From positions 8,187 through 72,186 of IMG/VR virus record IMGVR_UViG_2806310948_000001: a stretch of DNA of 64,000 nucleotides. One strand, given 5' to 3'. This stretch comes from a virus (taxonomy: Duplodnaviria; Caudoviricetes). Below the pieces are notes generated by a model. It worked only from the letters and a program-made list of their open reading frames with translations. It searched no databases and was not told the origin of the DNA. The position numbers and the translations under genes are program-made. Shown piece by piece: positions 40,101-49,309 of this stretch. Each line of letters opens with the position of its first letter. Position 1 is the stretch's first letter.

Positions 40101-41941
40101 TTGGAAGTAATACCCTGAATGATACATATGGTGAGAAGATTACTGGAAACATCCAGACGCTTACAGAAACTGCGCAGAATGCCTTGAAGAGTGCGGAAAC
40201 CAGCTTACAGAGCGGAGCTTATGGTACGATTGCAAGCACCTTTGATAATATGTTTACGTCTATGGATAATGGAAAAGGCTTCCTGGGAATTGGTGCAAAT
40301 GCCGATCAGAGAGCGCTAAATGAATTGTATCAGTCGATGGCTCCGGATGTTAGTCAGATGGGAAGCCTGATTGACCAGTACAGAGAAGCAGGGCAGGCAG
40401 TGCCACAAAGCCTTATGGATGGGTACAAGGAAGCAATCGAAGTTGGTGCAGCGGCAGGTGACGTTGATGCGGCTTGGCAGAATTACGCAAACCAGATTCT
40501 CGAATCTGGAAGCGAAGAAATGAAGAGCGTTTTGACGGATCCGAATAATCCGATGTACGAAAGTGTACGAGAACAGCTGCCTGATGAGCTTAGAACTGCA
40601 ATTGACAGGGCTACAGCAGAAACGACGACAGATGAAATAACGCTTGAAGGGCTGAGAGCTGCTGTCGATGGAGATGTGGATATTGATAAAGATTCCTGGG
40701 TATCGGCTATGAACGAAAAACTTGGAGATCTTGCAACTACTGAAGAAGTTACGGCAGAAGGCGCAAAAATCAAGATTGAAGCTGGCGACTGTCTCTGGGA
40801 TATCGGAAATGCTCTTGGCGTTGACTGGCATAAGATCGCAGAAGAAAACGGCATTGAAGAACCGTACATTATTCATCCTGGAGATGAGATTACGATTTCA
40901 ATGGATACCTTGAAGGCAGAAGTGAATGGTGATGCCGCACAAGCTGCAATAAGTGACGCTATGTCTGCGTTAACAACTGAGGGAGCAGAGTTTTCTGTTA
41001 CTGCCGAAGGAGTTAAGGTGGACTTATCAAACGTTGAGGTTGATTCAGAATCAGCTACAGCGCAAATTGAGGCAGCCCTTGGCATGGAATCCGGTACGCT
41101 TGCGGCGAATGACATAACTGTAACGTCTGGGGCAACGGTAACGATTCCACAGGAATTAGTAAATGTTGATACTTCCGGTATTCAGAGTGCGACAGAATCG
41201 CAGACTGAAACAGAACCGGTTGAGACAGATACAACTGCAAACGTTAATATCACTGATGCGACCACAGATGCGTCCGGAGCAAAAGAGCAAGCACAGTCAG
41301 AGGTTGAAAGTACATTCTCTGAATCTATGCCAGCAGACGGACATACAGATGTAACTCTCGATCAGACCAATAATGCAGCAGAAGTATATTCTGAAGTTGC
41401 AGGAGAAGTACAGTCTACCTTCTCTAATCCGATTCCTGCATCATGCACCGTTAATGTAACTCTTAACTGGCATATAACAAATCCATCTGCCGGAATTACA
41501 ACATCTGGAAGCGGTTCATCCGTTACAGCTACTATTGCAGGTAATGCAGAGGGAAGCATCGTTACCGGACCGTTATTATCCTGGGTAGGTGAAGATGGTC
41601 CAGAAGCTATTATTCCTCTTGGCTCAAAACGTCGTGACAGGGGTATGGATCTGTGGTTACAGGCAGGACGAGCGTTGGGCGTAAAAGAATATGCAGAAGG
41701 TGGAATGGTTGGAGATGTTCCACTGTCAGGAGACTCCTCGGATTCTCCTTCCGGAAACTCTGGCAGTAATGGCGATAAAGGTCAGATTGTTGTCAATATG
41801 AACCCTGTCTTCAACATTAATGGAGAAGGTGGCAATGACACGGTCAATTCCATCAAAGAGAAGCTTAAAGAATTAATCAATGAGATGTCTGGAGAACTGG
41901 CATCAAGATTACTCGAATCATACGCAAATATGCCGACGTAG
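37184..41941 (+). CDS. Tape measure protein with internal LysM domain
   Basis: TP901-type core (TTKFTATESAEA, ANANTNVSMLGESFKY); LysM IEAGDCLWDIG...IHPGDEITI; C-terminal VGEDGPEAIIPL; true start may be TTG 37193. Confidence 0.92.
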   Translation: MRCLAETIRIEIPVNVVDNTGSGTSSVTRNLTAMERAFERADRAAQRFQRRSGVAAEIEIGADDSATPVLSAVENATEQIDGETAQVEVAADDSATQTVNAASDAVENFDGTSGDAEIGADDSATPVVSAASDAVENFDGMSGDAEIGASDEATPVIRAAQDAAESWGGSVFNATIGVIDAATAPISALASAAKNPVVQGASLIGASFGVAESVNSFQDFEAMMSQVKAISGATGQAFDNLTAKAQEMGATTKFTATESAEAFNYMAMAGWKPQQMIDGISGIMSLAAASGEDLGTTSDIVTDALTAFGLQAGDAGHFADVLAQASANANTNVSMLGESFKYVAPVAGAMNYSVEDTSLALGLMANASIKGSMAGTALKTSLANMAAPTDSMAAAMDKYGISLTDSEGNMKSLRGVIDNLRGSLGGLSETEQTAAASTIFGKEAMAGMLAIINASEEDYNKLSTAIGNSKDAAEGMADTMLDNLKGSFTLMQSAIEGTENAFGKRLSPYLRGIAGGITDMMPEITNGINAVMDVADDKIAGVKRKITDMTSSDEWKNADLFGKIDIAWDSIIAKPFGNWVSGDGAQLISSGLGTLFSSAAAILPGGEKAGLTSWLSAGVLAKGAVAIAQKGKSVVETLSPIGDAISNITEAAGSANDVMDFASNLGSMIPVGAKVGLAAAGITAAIIGIKLAIDKYNQTQLENSLEEHFGKIKLSADEVKDVAAGILNQKYLTNVELALNEVQNADNLRAEAQKALESNDVLEFKSRVGITLTADEQQEYTDNINTFVESKISELESRTFAAHIHVQTYLGGTEDGQTLAQNIKEWARADNLELSDLSNQLSQKVSEALKDGIIDVNEEEAISALQEKMNNITARWKEAEAQAQWDWINQKYGHMSAADLESGSFTDLMDEMRSQRETAMESVQADVTQWYSELNAMEAAGRITHAQNQSYQEQTGWYVRGQQGSELAKSLELGSNTLNDTYGEKITGNIQTLTETAQNALKSAETSLQSGAYGTIASTFDNMFTSMDNGKGFLGIGANADQRALNELYQSMAPDVSQMGSLIDQYREAGQAVPQSLMDGYKEAIEVGAAAGDVDAAWQNYANQILESGSEEMKSVLTDPNNPMYESVREQLPDELRTAIDRATAETTTDEITLEGLRAAVDGDVDIDKDSWVSAMNEKLGDLATTEEVTAEGAKIKIEAGDCLWDIGNALGVDWHKIAEENGIEEPYIIHPGDEITISMDTLKAEVNGDAAQAAISDAMSALTTEGAEFSVTAEGVKVDLSNVEVDSESATAQIEAALGMESGTLAANDITVTSGATVTIPQELVNVDTSGIQSATESQTETEPVETDTTANVNITDATTDASGAKEQAQSEVESTFSESMPADGHTDVTLDQTNNAAEVYSEVAGEVQSTFSNPIPASCTVNVTLNWHITNPSAGITTSGSGSSVTATIAGNAEGSIVTGPLLSWVGEDGPEAIIPLGSKRRDRGMDLWLQAGRALGVKEYAEGGMVGDVPLSGDSSDSPSGNSGSNGDKGQIVVNMNPVFNINGEGGNDTVNSIKEKLKELINEMSGELASRLLESYANMPT
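37357..37563 (+). repeat. 33-bp direct repeat (37357-37389, 37531-37563) within four 29-aa repeats at the TMP N-terminus
   Basis: AGAAATAGGAGCAGACGATAGCGCCACCCCGGT twice, 174 bp apart. Confidence 0.85.
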
Positions 41942-41955
41942 AAAGGAGAGAGGGC

Positions 41956-42657
41956 ATGGAAATATATTTAAAAGAGGCGGCAAATAAGCAATCCTGTCTT
42001 CGCTTTCCTTCTCTCCCAGACAAGGAGATTACTGTTAAGGGAAATTCAAAATACCAGAAGTACGATCTGATAAAAAAAGGAACCTTTGCATTTCCGGCTG
42101 GTCCAGATATCAGATCATATGAATGGGATGGATACCTCTGGGGAAGAGCCAGAAAAAAGATGTCCACCATACATACGAAGTGGCTGGATCCGAAATCTGT
42201 TATAAAGAAGCTGGAAAACTGGCGAGATAAGGGAACGGTTCTGAACCTTATCATTTCTGCCGGCGGCGGCATCAATGTTGATGTGACGATTAATAGCTTT
42301 GAATATAAGAAATTTGGCGGGAAAGGAGATTACTTTTATAGCATTTCCTTTTATCGTTATCGTCCGCTTAAAATCCAGACCACAAAGGACCTTGGCATTG
42401 ATAAGAAGAAAAAGAAGACGACAGCCCGAACGAACCTGAAAAAGAGTTCAACAGATAAGAAAAAACAGACATACACCATTAAAACTGGTGACTGCCTGTG
42501 GAATATCGCAAAGAAATTTTACGGATCAGGAGCAGATTGGAAAAAGATTTATGATGCAAATAAGACAGCGATAGAAAAGGCTGCGAAAAAATACGGGCAT
42601 AAGGATAGCAACCAAGGGGACTGGATATTCCCTGGCACTATCCTTACGATACCGTAA
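41956..42657 (+). CDS. LysM-domain tail/baseplate protein (XkdP-like)
   Basis: YTIKTGDCLWNIAKKFYGSG...WIFPGTILTIP. Confidence 0.9.
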   Translation: MEIYLKEAANKQSCLRFPSLPDKEITVKGNSKYQKYDLIKKGTFAFPAGPDIRSYEWDGYLWGRARKKMSTIHTKWLDPKSVIKKLENWRDKGTVLNLIISAGGGINVDVTINSFEYKKFGGKGDYFYSISFYRYRPLKIQTTKDLGIDKKKKKTTARTNLKKSSTDKKKQTYTIKTGDCLWNIAKKFYGSGADWKKIYDANKTAIEKAAKKYGHKDSNQGDWIFPGTILTIP

Positions 42658-42667
42658 AGGAGGAATC

Positions 42668-43910
42668 ATGGTTGATCCGCTGAAATATTCTTATTATTTA
42701 GTCCTCGTGACTGAAAAAAAGAAGAAATATGACATAACAAATTTTGTCGAAGATTTGGGATGGGAAGAACTGGAAAATGAACTTGCGGCCAGATTGTCGT
42801 GCACTGTAAAGAATGATAAGACCACAAAAGGCAGGATTTCCAGTTTGTCTAAACCAGGATGTTATTTGTACTTGTATTATCGGTACAAGACTGGAACTGC
42901 ACAGGAAGCTATGCGTGGCCGGATTGTAGAATGGAATCCATCTGCAAAGTCAACCATTAAAGCTGAAGGCCTATGATAACCTGTATGATTTGCAGGAGTC
43001 GGAAGACTGTGTATATTATTCTTCCGGAGCAAGAACCAAGCAGGTTATACAGGATTATTTCAAGAAATGGGGTATACCAATTGGCAAATATGCCGGGCCT
43101 GATGTGACTCATGGAGTTATCAAAGAAGATAAAAAGAAGCTTGGAACGATGGTTAAGGATATTCTGGACGAAGCAAAGAAAAAGGGTGGAGGCTATTCGG
43201 TAATCCGCTCTGTAAAGGGCAAGGCCCAGATTCTGGCGATTGGCAGCAACAAGAACATCTATCATTTTGCTGAGACAGAAAATCTAATAAGTGTTTCTCA
43301 TAAGATCAGCACTTCGGGAATGGTTACACGAGTAAAGATTCTCGGAGAAGCAGACGATGATAAGCGTAGGCCAGTAGAAGCTACGGTTGATGGTCAAACA
43401 AAGTACGGCATCCGCCAGAAGATCCTTACCAGAGGCAAGGATGACAGCTTAGATGAGGCGAAGAAAGAGGCAAAAGAAGTTCTTGAGGATGATGGAAAAC
43501 CCAAGCAGGAAATCAAAGTGGTTGCTGTTGATCTTCCTATTATCCGAAAGGGAGATATTATTCATTTGAAAATGTCTACCGGATCTGGATATTATTGGGT
43601 AACGGCTATTACACATGATTGCGACAAAATGGAAATGACTATGACCTTGAAGAAAACTAAACTGAAATCTTCGCCCTCGAAAAAGGATAACAAGAAAAAG
43701 GATGGAGATTACAGCATCGGAGATACAGTCAACTTCCATGGCGGTTATCATTATGTTTCTTCGGATGCAACATCAGGATACAAGGTAAGCGCCGGAAAGG
43801 CGACTATAACACACAGTAATCCGGGCAGTGCTCATCCATGGTGCTTGGAAAATGTTAACTGGGCTGAGACCCATGTATGCGGCTGGGTAGACGAAGGCTC
43901 GTTTGATTAG
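42668..43910 (+). pseudogene. XkdQ-like baseplate hub protein split by a frameshift near 42930-42973
   Basis: ORF 42668-42976 switches to a frame reading QPLKLKAYDNLYDLQESED that continues into 42990-43910; no RBS before 42990. Confidence 0.75.
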
Positions 43911-43918
43911 GAGGACAT

Positions 43919-44263
43919 ATGGCATATGACAGTAATGACGGTGTCGCACGATTAGCTGCGGTATTAGATGCAAGAATGAAGGATCACGCAGATAAGCCGC
44001 TCTGCCTTGATTTTGCAGAGATTCAGGCAGACGGCAGCCTGCTCTCGAATACATTTCCGATTCCGCATAATGATTACAGAGTTTGCAGGCAGCTGACAAT
44101 TGGAAAAACAGGAGATGCATTTTGCGATGTCCGGGCAGATGAACATTCTGGAAAAGCATATCTTCCGGAATCTATGCGGCAGTTGCAGGCCGGAGACAGA
44201 GTGTTGATTGCGTGGGTGCAAGACACTGCTGTTGTGATCGACATTATAACCAGACCGGTATAG
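43919..44263 (+). CDS. XkdR/DUF2577-like baseplate protein
   Basis: LQAGDRVLIAW; position. Confidence 0.7.
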   Translation: MAYDSNDGVARLAAVLDARMKDHADKPLCLDFAEIQADGSLLSNTFPIPHNDYRVCRQLTIGKTGDAFCDVRADEHSGKAYLPESMRQLQAGDRVLIAWVQDTAVVIDIITRPV

Positions 44264-44286
44264 GAGGACATATTAGGAGGACATAT
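44261..44286 (+). repeat. Tandem 13-bp duplication of TAGGAGGACATAT (RBS unit)
   Basis: 44261-44273 and 44274-44286; same unit at 43908-43920. Confidence 0.9.
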
Positions 44287-44737
44287 GGCAGACAATAACT
44301 TATATCCGGTGGTGGATATACCGGAATATGAGGAAGAAAATGAAGAATATGATACAGAGTACAAGCCATCTGTGGCGTGGGACTTAGAGAAAGGAGATTT
44401 CGTTTGTGAATCTCCTTTTTGTATGCTTAAAAGCGAAGGGCTCGAAGCGTACAAGATATGGTGCGTGAAGGCCGTATCAACAGAAAGATATAGTTGCCTC
44501 GGGTACGACGATGACATCGGTGCAGAGATGGAAGATGCCATGAAGGAAGAAGATGACACAGCTGTGGAACTGGCAATTGAACGTACCATAGAAGAGGCTC
44601 TGATGGTAAATCCAAGGACTGAATCCGTAGAGGACTTTGAGTTCTCATGGGAACCATCTGTGGTTTATGTGAAATTTACAGTGTACGCAATACACTGGGA
44701 GAAATTCGATTTAGAAGTAACATTGAAAAGGAGATGA
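44285..44737 (+). CDS. XkdS/DUF2634-like baseplate protein
   Basis: TERYSCLGYDDDIG...IEEALMVNPR. Confidence 0.8.
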   Translation: MADNNLYPVVDIPEYEEENEEYDTEYKPSVAWDLEKGDFVCESPFCMLKSEGLEAYKIWCVKAVSTERYSCLGYDDDIGAEMEDAMKEEDDTAVELAIERTIEEALMVNPRTESVEDFEFSWEPSVVYVKFTVYAIHWEKFDLEVTLKRR

Positions 44738-44741
44738 GAAT

Positions 44742-45872
44742 TTGACAGAAGAATTTGTAACTCCAGAATTTATAGATAACAGCGATCCTGATACAATCCA
44801 GTCCCGGATGATGAATAATCTGCCAGTTGATATATCTGATATGCCGGCAGACTTTCCATATGATTTTACCATGCCGACTGCAATCGAGATCTCCAGACTG
44901 ATACAGTACAACCTTACCCGAACATTGATGCTTATGTTTCCACTTTGGGCCTGGGGTGAATGGCTTGATCTGCATGGAGTATCTGCAAAGGTAACACGAA
45001 AGCAGGCAAGCAGAGCTTCCGGCCATGTGACCGTCACAGGCATCGCTGGAACGATTATCGAGGAAGGGACGGTATTTTGCACAGAAGGTACGACAGATGT
45101 CGAATCTGTTGAATTTGCGACGACTGAGGAAGCAACTATACCAGAGCAGGGAACGGTTGACATACCTGTTGCGTCTGTTTTAACGGGAGCTACCTATAAT
45201 GTTACAAGAAATACTGTGACATTGCAGAAGCAGCCCAACGAGAATATCACTTCCGTAACAAATGAGAACCCTATCAGAGGTGGTACAGATGAAGAAGACG
45301 ACGATACATACCGGGAGAGAATCCTTGAGAAACTGCGGTCAGCGGAGGTGAGCTTTGTTGGCTGTGATGCAGACTATGTCAGATGGGCGAAGGAAGTGTC
45401 CGGTGTGGGTTCAGCTGTCGTAGAACCGGAATGGAAAGGACCTGGAACTGTAAAAGTTGTAGTTGCGGATCCGGATGGCAGCGCGGTTGGCGAAGAAACT
45501 CTGAAAGCTGTCGAGAATTATATCGTATCTCCGAAGGACAGATTGAAGAGGCTGGCTCCGATCGGAGCTTCCGTAACTATATCCACTGTACAGGATATGA
45601 CGATGAAGTACAGAGCAGTGATTGAACTTGAGAGCAATTACAGCGTTGACAATGTGAAGGAAGCATTCTTGTCGGCGTTGAAAACCTATTACAGAACTGC
45701 GAAGGACAATGAAGAAATCAGATATACAGTTGTATCGGCATTGTTGTCAAATACGGCTGGCGTAATTGATTTTTCTGGCTTAAAGATTAATTCAGGCACA
45801 GATAACATAGCTGTTGCGGCAGATTATTATCCGGTAACAACACTGAGTGACCTTGATTTTACGGAGGGATAA
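44742..45872 (+). CDS. Baseplate J-like protein (XkdT)
   Basis: GGTDEEDDDTYRERI; DYVRWAKEVSGVG; PEWKGPGTVKV. Confidence 0.9.
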   Translation: MTEEFVTPEFIDNSDPDTIQSRMMNNLPVDISDMPADFPYDFTMPTAIEISRLIQYNLTRTLMLMFPLWAWGEWLDLHGVSAKVTRKQASRASGHVTVTGIAGTIIEEGTVFCTEGTTDVESVEFATTEEATIPEQGTVDIPVASVLTGATYNVTRNTVTLQKQPNENITSVTNENPIRGGTDEEDDDTYRERILEKLRSAEVSFVGCDADYVRWAKEVSGVGSAVVEPEWKGPGTVKVVVADPDGSAVGEETLKAVENYIVSPKDRLKRLAPIGASVTISTVQDMTMKYRAVIELESNYSVDNVKEAFLSALKTYYRTAKDNEEIRYTVVSALLSNTAGVIDFSGLKINSGTDNIAVAADYYPVTTLSDLDFTEG

Positions 45873-45874
45873 AG

Positions 45875-46633
45875 ATGCATATAGATAATATTGATCTGGA
45901 ACATTTTCCTACGAATGAGGTTGCTCAGAGGCTCCTGACGTATGTGACAAGAGGCTGGTACGATAAATCGTATGTTGGAAAATGGATATACGAGGTTATC
46001 GGACTGGAGTTGGAGACTGCAAGCAGGAGGATTGACGAAGCACAGAAGCAGGCGTTTCCGGAAACAGCTGCATGGGGAATGTATCTTCACGAGTTTATGT
46101 ATGGAATACCTATCGACAGAACAAAAGACATTGATGATCGCCGAAAAGCAGTCGTGAATCGACGCGATAGGACGACCAGATCGTCCATTACGCCTTATAG
46201 GCTCGAGAACATTATACAGACCGTATTTGGGCTTTCTGCGAGCGTCTCGGAGCAGGTAGAGAAGTATGTGTTTGGTATCGACCTGTTGATCGGAGCAGAT
46301 TATCCGATATATTCCGTCGATGTTTTGCTGGAATATATCCGAAAAATAAAACCATCCCATCTGTCAATGCAGGCTCGATATGTTATTGAAGCCGCAATAT
46401 GCAGTGAGAGGGAAAGAGTTCTATTCCCAGCGTTAGACATAGGAATGCAGCATGTCTGGACAGAAAGATTTTCTGTACCATCGGTTGAAGTTAAATGTGA
46501 AATAACAGAAAAACTTCCGGTTGGAATGACCGGGAATGTTATGATCTACAAGAATCTCAATCAGTGGAATGGAGAGTACAAATGGGATGGAACGATAAAA
46601 TTTGATACAGAAGTAACAACGGAGGAATTGTGA
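45875..46633 (+). CDS. XkdU/DUF2313-like baseplate protein
   Basis: QAFPETAAWG...E..YGIP; KIKPSHL. Confidence 0.8.
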   Translation: MHIDNIDLEHFPTNEVAQRLLTYVTRGWYDKSYVGKWIYEVIGLELETASRRIDEAQKQAFPETAAWGMYLHEFMYGIPIDRTKDIDDRRKAVVNRRDRTTRSSITPYRLENIIQTVFGLSASVSEQVEKYVFGIDLLIGADYPIYSVDVLLEYIRKIKPSHLSMQARYVIEAAICSERERVLFPALDIGMQHVWTERFSVPSVEVKCEITEKLPVGMTGNVMIYKNLNQWNGEYKWDGTIKFDTEVTTEEL

Positions 46634-47004
46634 TGGAAGGAAAGGTAACAGTAGTAGGAAGGACGAAAATCCTGAGAGCCAGAGCCGGAGAGATCACTCT
46701 GCCTAAGATTGTAGGATTTGCGTTTGGAAGTGGCGGCTCGAATGGTTCAACAGTTCTTAGTCCGGGAGAAACATTGAAAAATGAATTTCTTCGAAAAGCG
46801 GTAGATGGACATACGCTTAAAACCAATGAAAACAAGTGCGAATATTATTGCACATTAAATGGATCTGAAGCCAACGGAAAGAGCATAAGTGAAATCGGAT
46901 TGTATGACTCTGAAGGAGACATCATCATGATTGCTAATTTTCTTCCAAAAGGTAAAGATTCGAATGTATCAATGAGATTTGAAATTGATGATGTTTTACA
47001 GTAA
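46630..47004 (+). CDS. Tail-collar/fibre-base protein
   Basis: ISEIGLYDSEGD..IANFLPKGK. Confidence 0.7.
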   Translation: MMEGKVTVVGRTKILRARAGEITLPKIVGFAFGSGGSNGSTVLSPGETLKNEFLRKAVDGHTLKTNENKCEYYCTLNGSEANGKSISEIGLYDSEGDIIMIANFLPKGKDSNVSMRFEIDDVLQ

Positions 47005-47018
47005 GGAGATGATTATAT

Positions 47019-47621
47019 ATGGCGAACGTGGTTATCCCGGAGAATCCGGAGTTCAATGAAGCTTTGAGAATCATCGAGACAGAGGATCTGGTTCATGCGA
47101 ATGTAGTAAATCCTATGTTTAGGACATTACTGCTTAATACTATATATCTCGAACGACGGGTAGCAAAGATGATCGAACGGATTGACACACTTGCGATTGA
47201 CAATACCTATGGAGGACCAGAGCTGTCGGCGGATGCAAATATCGTAGATGCAAGCGCGCAGTTCAGCGTTATCAGGAAAACGTCGTCGACAGCATCAGTA
47301 CAGACACTGTTTCAAAAAGCAATCGATAGTCTCAGAAAAGGACTCTATAGCTTGTTGATTAGAGTGAAAGTGAACTCAAATTCAAATAACGGCGGGCTAA
47401 TCGAATTAAATGTAACGTCTGGCGGAGCGATATTGGAAACCAGAACTATTACTGCAAATATGTTTGAAAGAGCAGGAGTTTATCAGACGTTTGGACTTAA
47501 TGTTGAATTGAATGATACGGTTACTATTACTGCGAGATTGCTGAAAAATAGCGCAAATATAACGGTGTCCGTTGATTATGTCATGCTTCAGCCGGCTCAG
47601 ACAGCAATCACGAGTTTGTAG
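47019..47621 (+). CDS. Putative short tail-fibre / baseplate-associated protein
   Basis: N-terminal IIETEDLVHANVVNPMF..LL.NT..L anchor-type segment; beta-rich C-terminus. Confidence 0.55.
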   Translation: MANVVIPENPEFNEALRIIETEDLVHANVVNPMFRTLLLNTIYLERRVAKMIERIDTLAIDNTYGGPELSADANIVDASAQFSVIRKTSSTASVQTLFQKAIDSLRKGLYSLLIRVKVNSNSNNGGLIELNVTSGGAILETRTITANMFERAGVYQTFGLNVELNDTVTITARLLKNSANITVSVDYVMLQPAQTAITSL

Positions 47622-47632
47622 GCGGTGGCTAT

Positions 47633-48163
47633 ATGATATCAGCAGAGAGACTTGTAGAATTGCGGGCAAAAGTAAAAAAAGAAATGGCAAGGAGAAGCTG
47701 TGTGGAGCATGGTTCAAGCGCTTCAATGAATAAATTTGCTGCAAATTATGATTATAATGTTGTTCCGGTCACTGGGGGAGACATTACAGATGAACATATA
47801 CAAAAGGTTATTGATCCGCTGCTTAATGTAGCGGATTTTTTGCAGAATAACAGCCTGCAACAGAGTCATAGTGGAGCAGATGTGATCGTCGATCAGGCGG
47901 AGAAATTTGTTGATACCCTTGCAAAAATAGATAAGCAGGCAAGTGATAGTGGGTGCAGAGGACTCTGTACGGGGTTATGTGTAGGTTCTTGCACATCTGG
48001 CTGTCAGGGATGCACTGGGTGTACTGGTGGTTGCGATACCACTTGCGCAAAGAGTTGTTCAGATGGCTGTTCTACATCCTGCGGTGGTTGTTCAGATGGC
48101 TGTTTTTCTGGATGCACACATACCTGTGGTTCCGGATGTACAACCGGCGCGATGACTACATAA
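47633..48163 (+). CDS. Cys-X3-repeat protein A (about 105-aa Cys-poor N-terminus, 17-Cys C-terminal repeat)
   Basis: GCRGLCTGLCVGSCTSGC...CTHTCGSGC. Confidence 0.85.
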   Translation: MISAERLVELRAKVKKEMARRSCVEHGSSASMNKFAANYDYNVVPVTGGDITDEHIQKVIDPLLNVADFLQNNSLQQSHSGADVIVDQAEKFVDTLAKIDKQASDSGCRGLCTGLCVGSCTSGCQGCTGCTGGCDTTCAKSCSDGCSTSCGGCSDGCFSGCTHTCGSGCTTGAMTT

Positions 48164-48181
48164 TGAGAGGAGGTGATATCT

Positions 48182-48970
48182 ATGGCGTGTTCAAAAGGAT
48201 GTGGAACGAGTTGTGCAACGAGCTGTAAGTCCACAGCGTCTGGCAACTGCGGCGGATGCGGGACTTCTTGTTCACGAAATTGCAGTACGATATGCTCAGG
48301 TACCTGCTCTGGTACTTGTAACAAAACATGCACAAAGCAGTGCAATCATAATTGTTCGGATGAATGCACTGGATGTCAACGGACATGCGCAGATGATTGC
48401 GAGGCAGGATGCAAAACGGATTGCCTTCAGACCTGCACAGCGAATTGTTCAGACACTTGCGCAGACTGCACAGGTGGATGTGGAAACAGTTGCTTTGCGA
48501 CATGCGCTGATGACTGCACAGGTGGATGCAAAGGCGGTTGCAACACGACATGCACAGCGAATTGTATGAACGACTGCAATACCTGGTGCGAAGGAGGATG
48601 TTATTCTTCATGCACATGGACTTGCGAAGGATGCAGTAATACTTGCACTGGTACCTGCTCCGGTACCTGTTCTGGTACCTGTTCTGGTACCTGTTCTGGT
48701 ACTTGTCAGGGTTGTGATAATAAGTGCACAGCTTCCTGTGCTCAGTCTTGTACTGGTTGTAGCGGCTGTTCGGGTTGTGGAAATTCCTGTGGTTCCGGAT
48801 GCACAGATAGCTGCATGGGAACCTGCAAAAGCAATTGTTCTGGAGGCTGCGGAACCAGCTGCGGAGGATGCTCTACATCCTGTGCATCAAGCTGTCAGAG
48901 TGATTGTGGCGGGACCTGCAGGAATCAGTGCTACGGACAGGCGACTACACCGATATATTCATTTAATTAG
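48182..48970 (+). CDS. Cys-X3-repeat protein B (262 aa, 64 Cys), putative radical SAM substrate
   Basis: GAGGAGG RBS, ATG 48182; Cys at nearly every 4th (sometimes 3rd) residue, flanked by S/G/T/A. Confidence 0.88.
   Translation: MACSKGCGTSCATSCKSTASGNCGGCGTSCSRNCSTICSGTCSGTCNKTCTKQCNHNCSDECTGCQRTCADDCEAGCKTDCLQTCTANCSDTCADCTGGCGNSCFATCADDCTGGCKGGCNTTCTANCMNDCNTWCEGGCYSSCTWTCEGCSNTCTGTCSGTCSGTCSGTCSGTCQGCDNKCTASCAQSCTGCSGCSGCGNSCGSGCTDSCMGTCKSNCSGGCGTSCGGCSTSCASSCQSDCGGTCRNQCYGQATTPIYSFN
48650..48709 (+). repeat. In-frame 12-bp tandem repeat (5 units, GGTACCTGTTCT consensus; SGTC repeats)
   Basis: ggtacctgctcc, ggtacctgttct x3, ggtacttgtcag. Confidence 0.9.
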
Positions 48971-48979
48971 GAGGAAAAA

Positions 48980-49309
48980 ATGAGAACAGTAATTATTAAA
49001 GTAGACAGCAAAGAGGCAGAGTACATCGAAAGACTGGACTACGAAAGGGGATTTACTAAAGATGTCCTGCAGAGAATCATCGAATCACATATGGAAGACC
49101 CAGATGTAATCAATAGCCCGGCATTTAAGGCTTATCAGAAACAGGGAGCGGAATTGGATGCACAGTTCAGCATGGCAGTAGCAGAGCTTGAGAAAAAATA
49201 TATTCCGGAGATTCTTAAACATCACAAGACCAAATGGAATCTTGAGTACAAGACAGGAGAACTGAAAGTAGACATTCTGTGCAATTGTGAAATTGAGGGA
49301 ATCAAATGA
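48980..49309 (+). CDS. Small partner protein of CXXX-repeat modification system
   Basis: 109 aa between the Cys-rich genes and the radical SAM gene; ATGA overlap. Confidence 0.7.
   Translation: MRTVIIKVDSKEAEYIERLDYERGFTKDVLQRIIESHMEDPDVINSPAFKAYQKQGAELDAQFSMAVAELEKKYIPEILKHHKTKWNLEYKTGELKVDILCNCEIEGIK

Noticed and set aside
48650-48709. Short repeats as a CRISPR array
   Set aside because: 12-bp units are contiguous with no spacers and lie in a coding frame; no cas genes in the window
48182-48970. Cys-repeat genes as a secreted sactipeptide/bacteriocin cluster
   Set aside because: No leader or double-glycine site, exporter, protease or immunity gene; the substrates are far longer than typical RiPP precursors and lie within the structural operon. 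Not excluded, but poorly supported.
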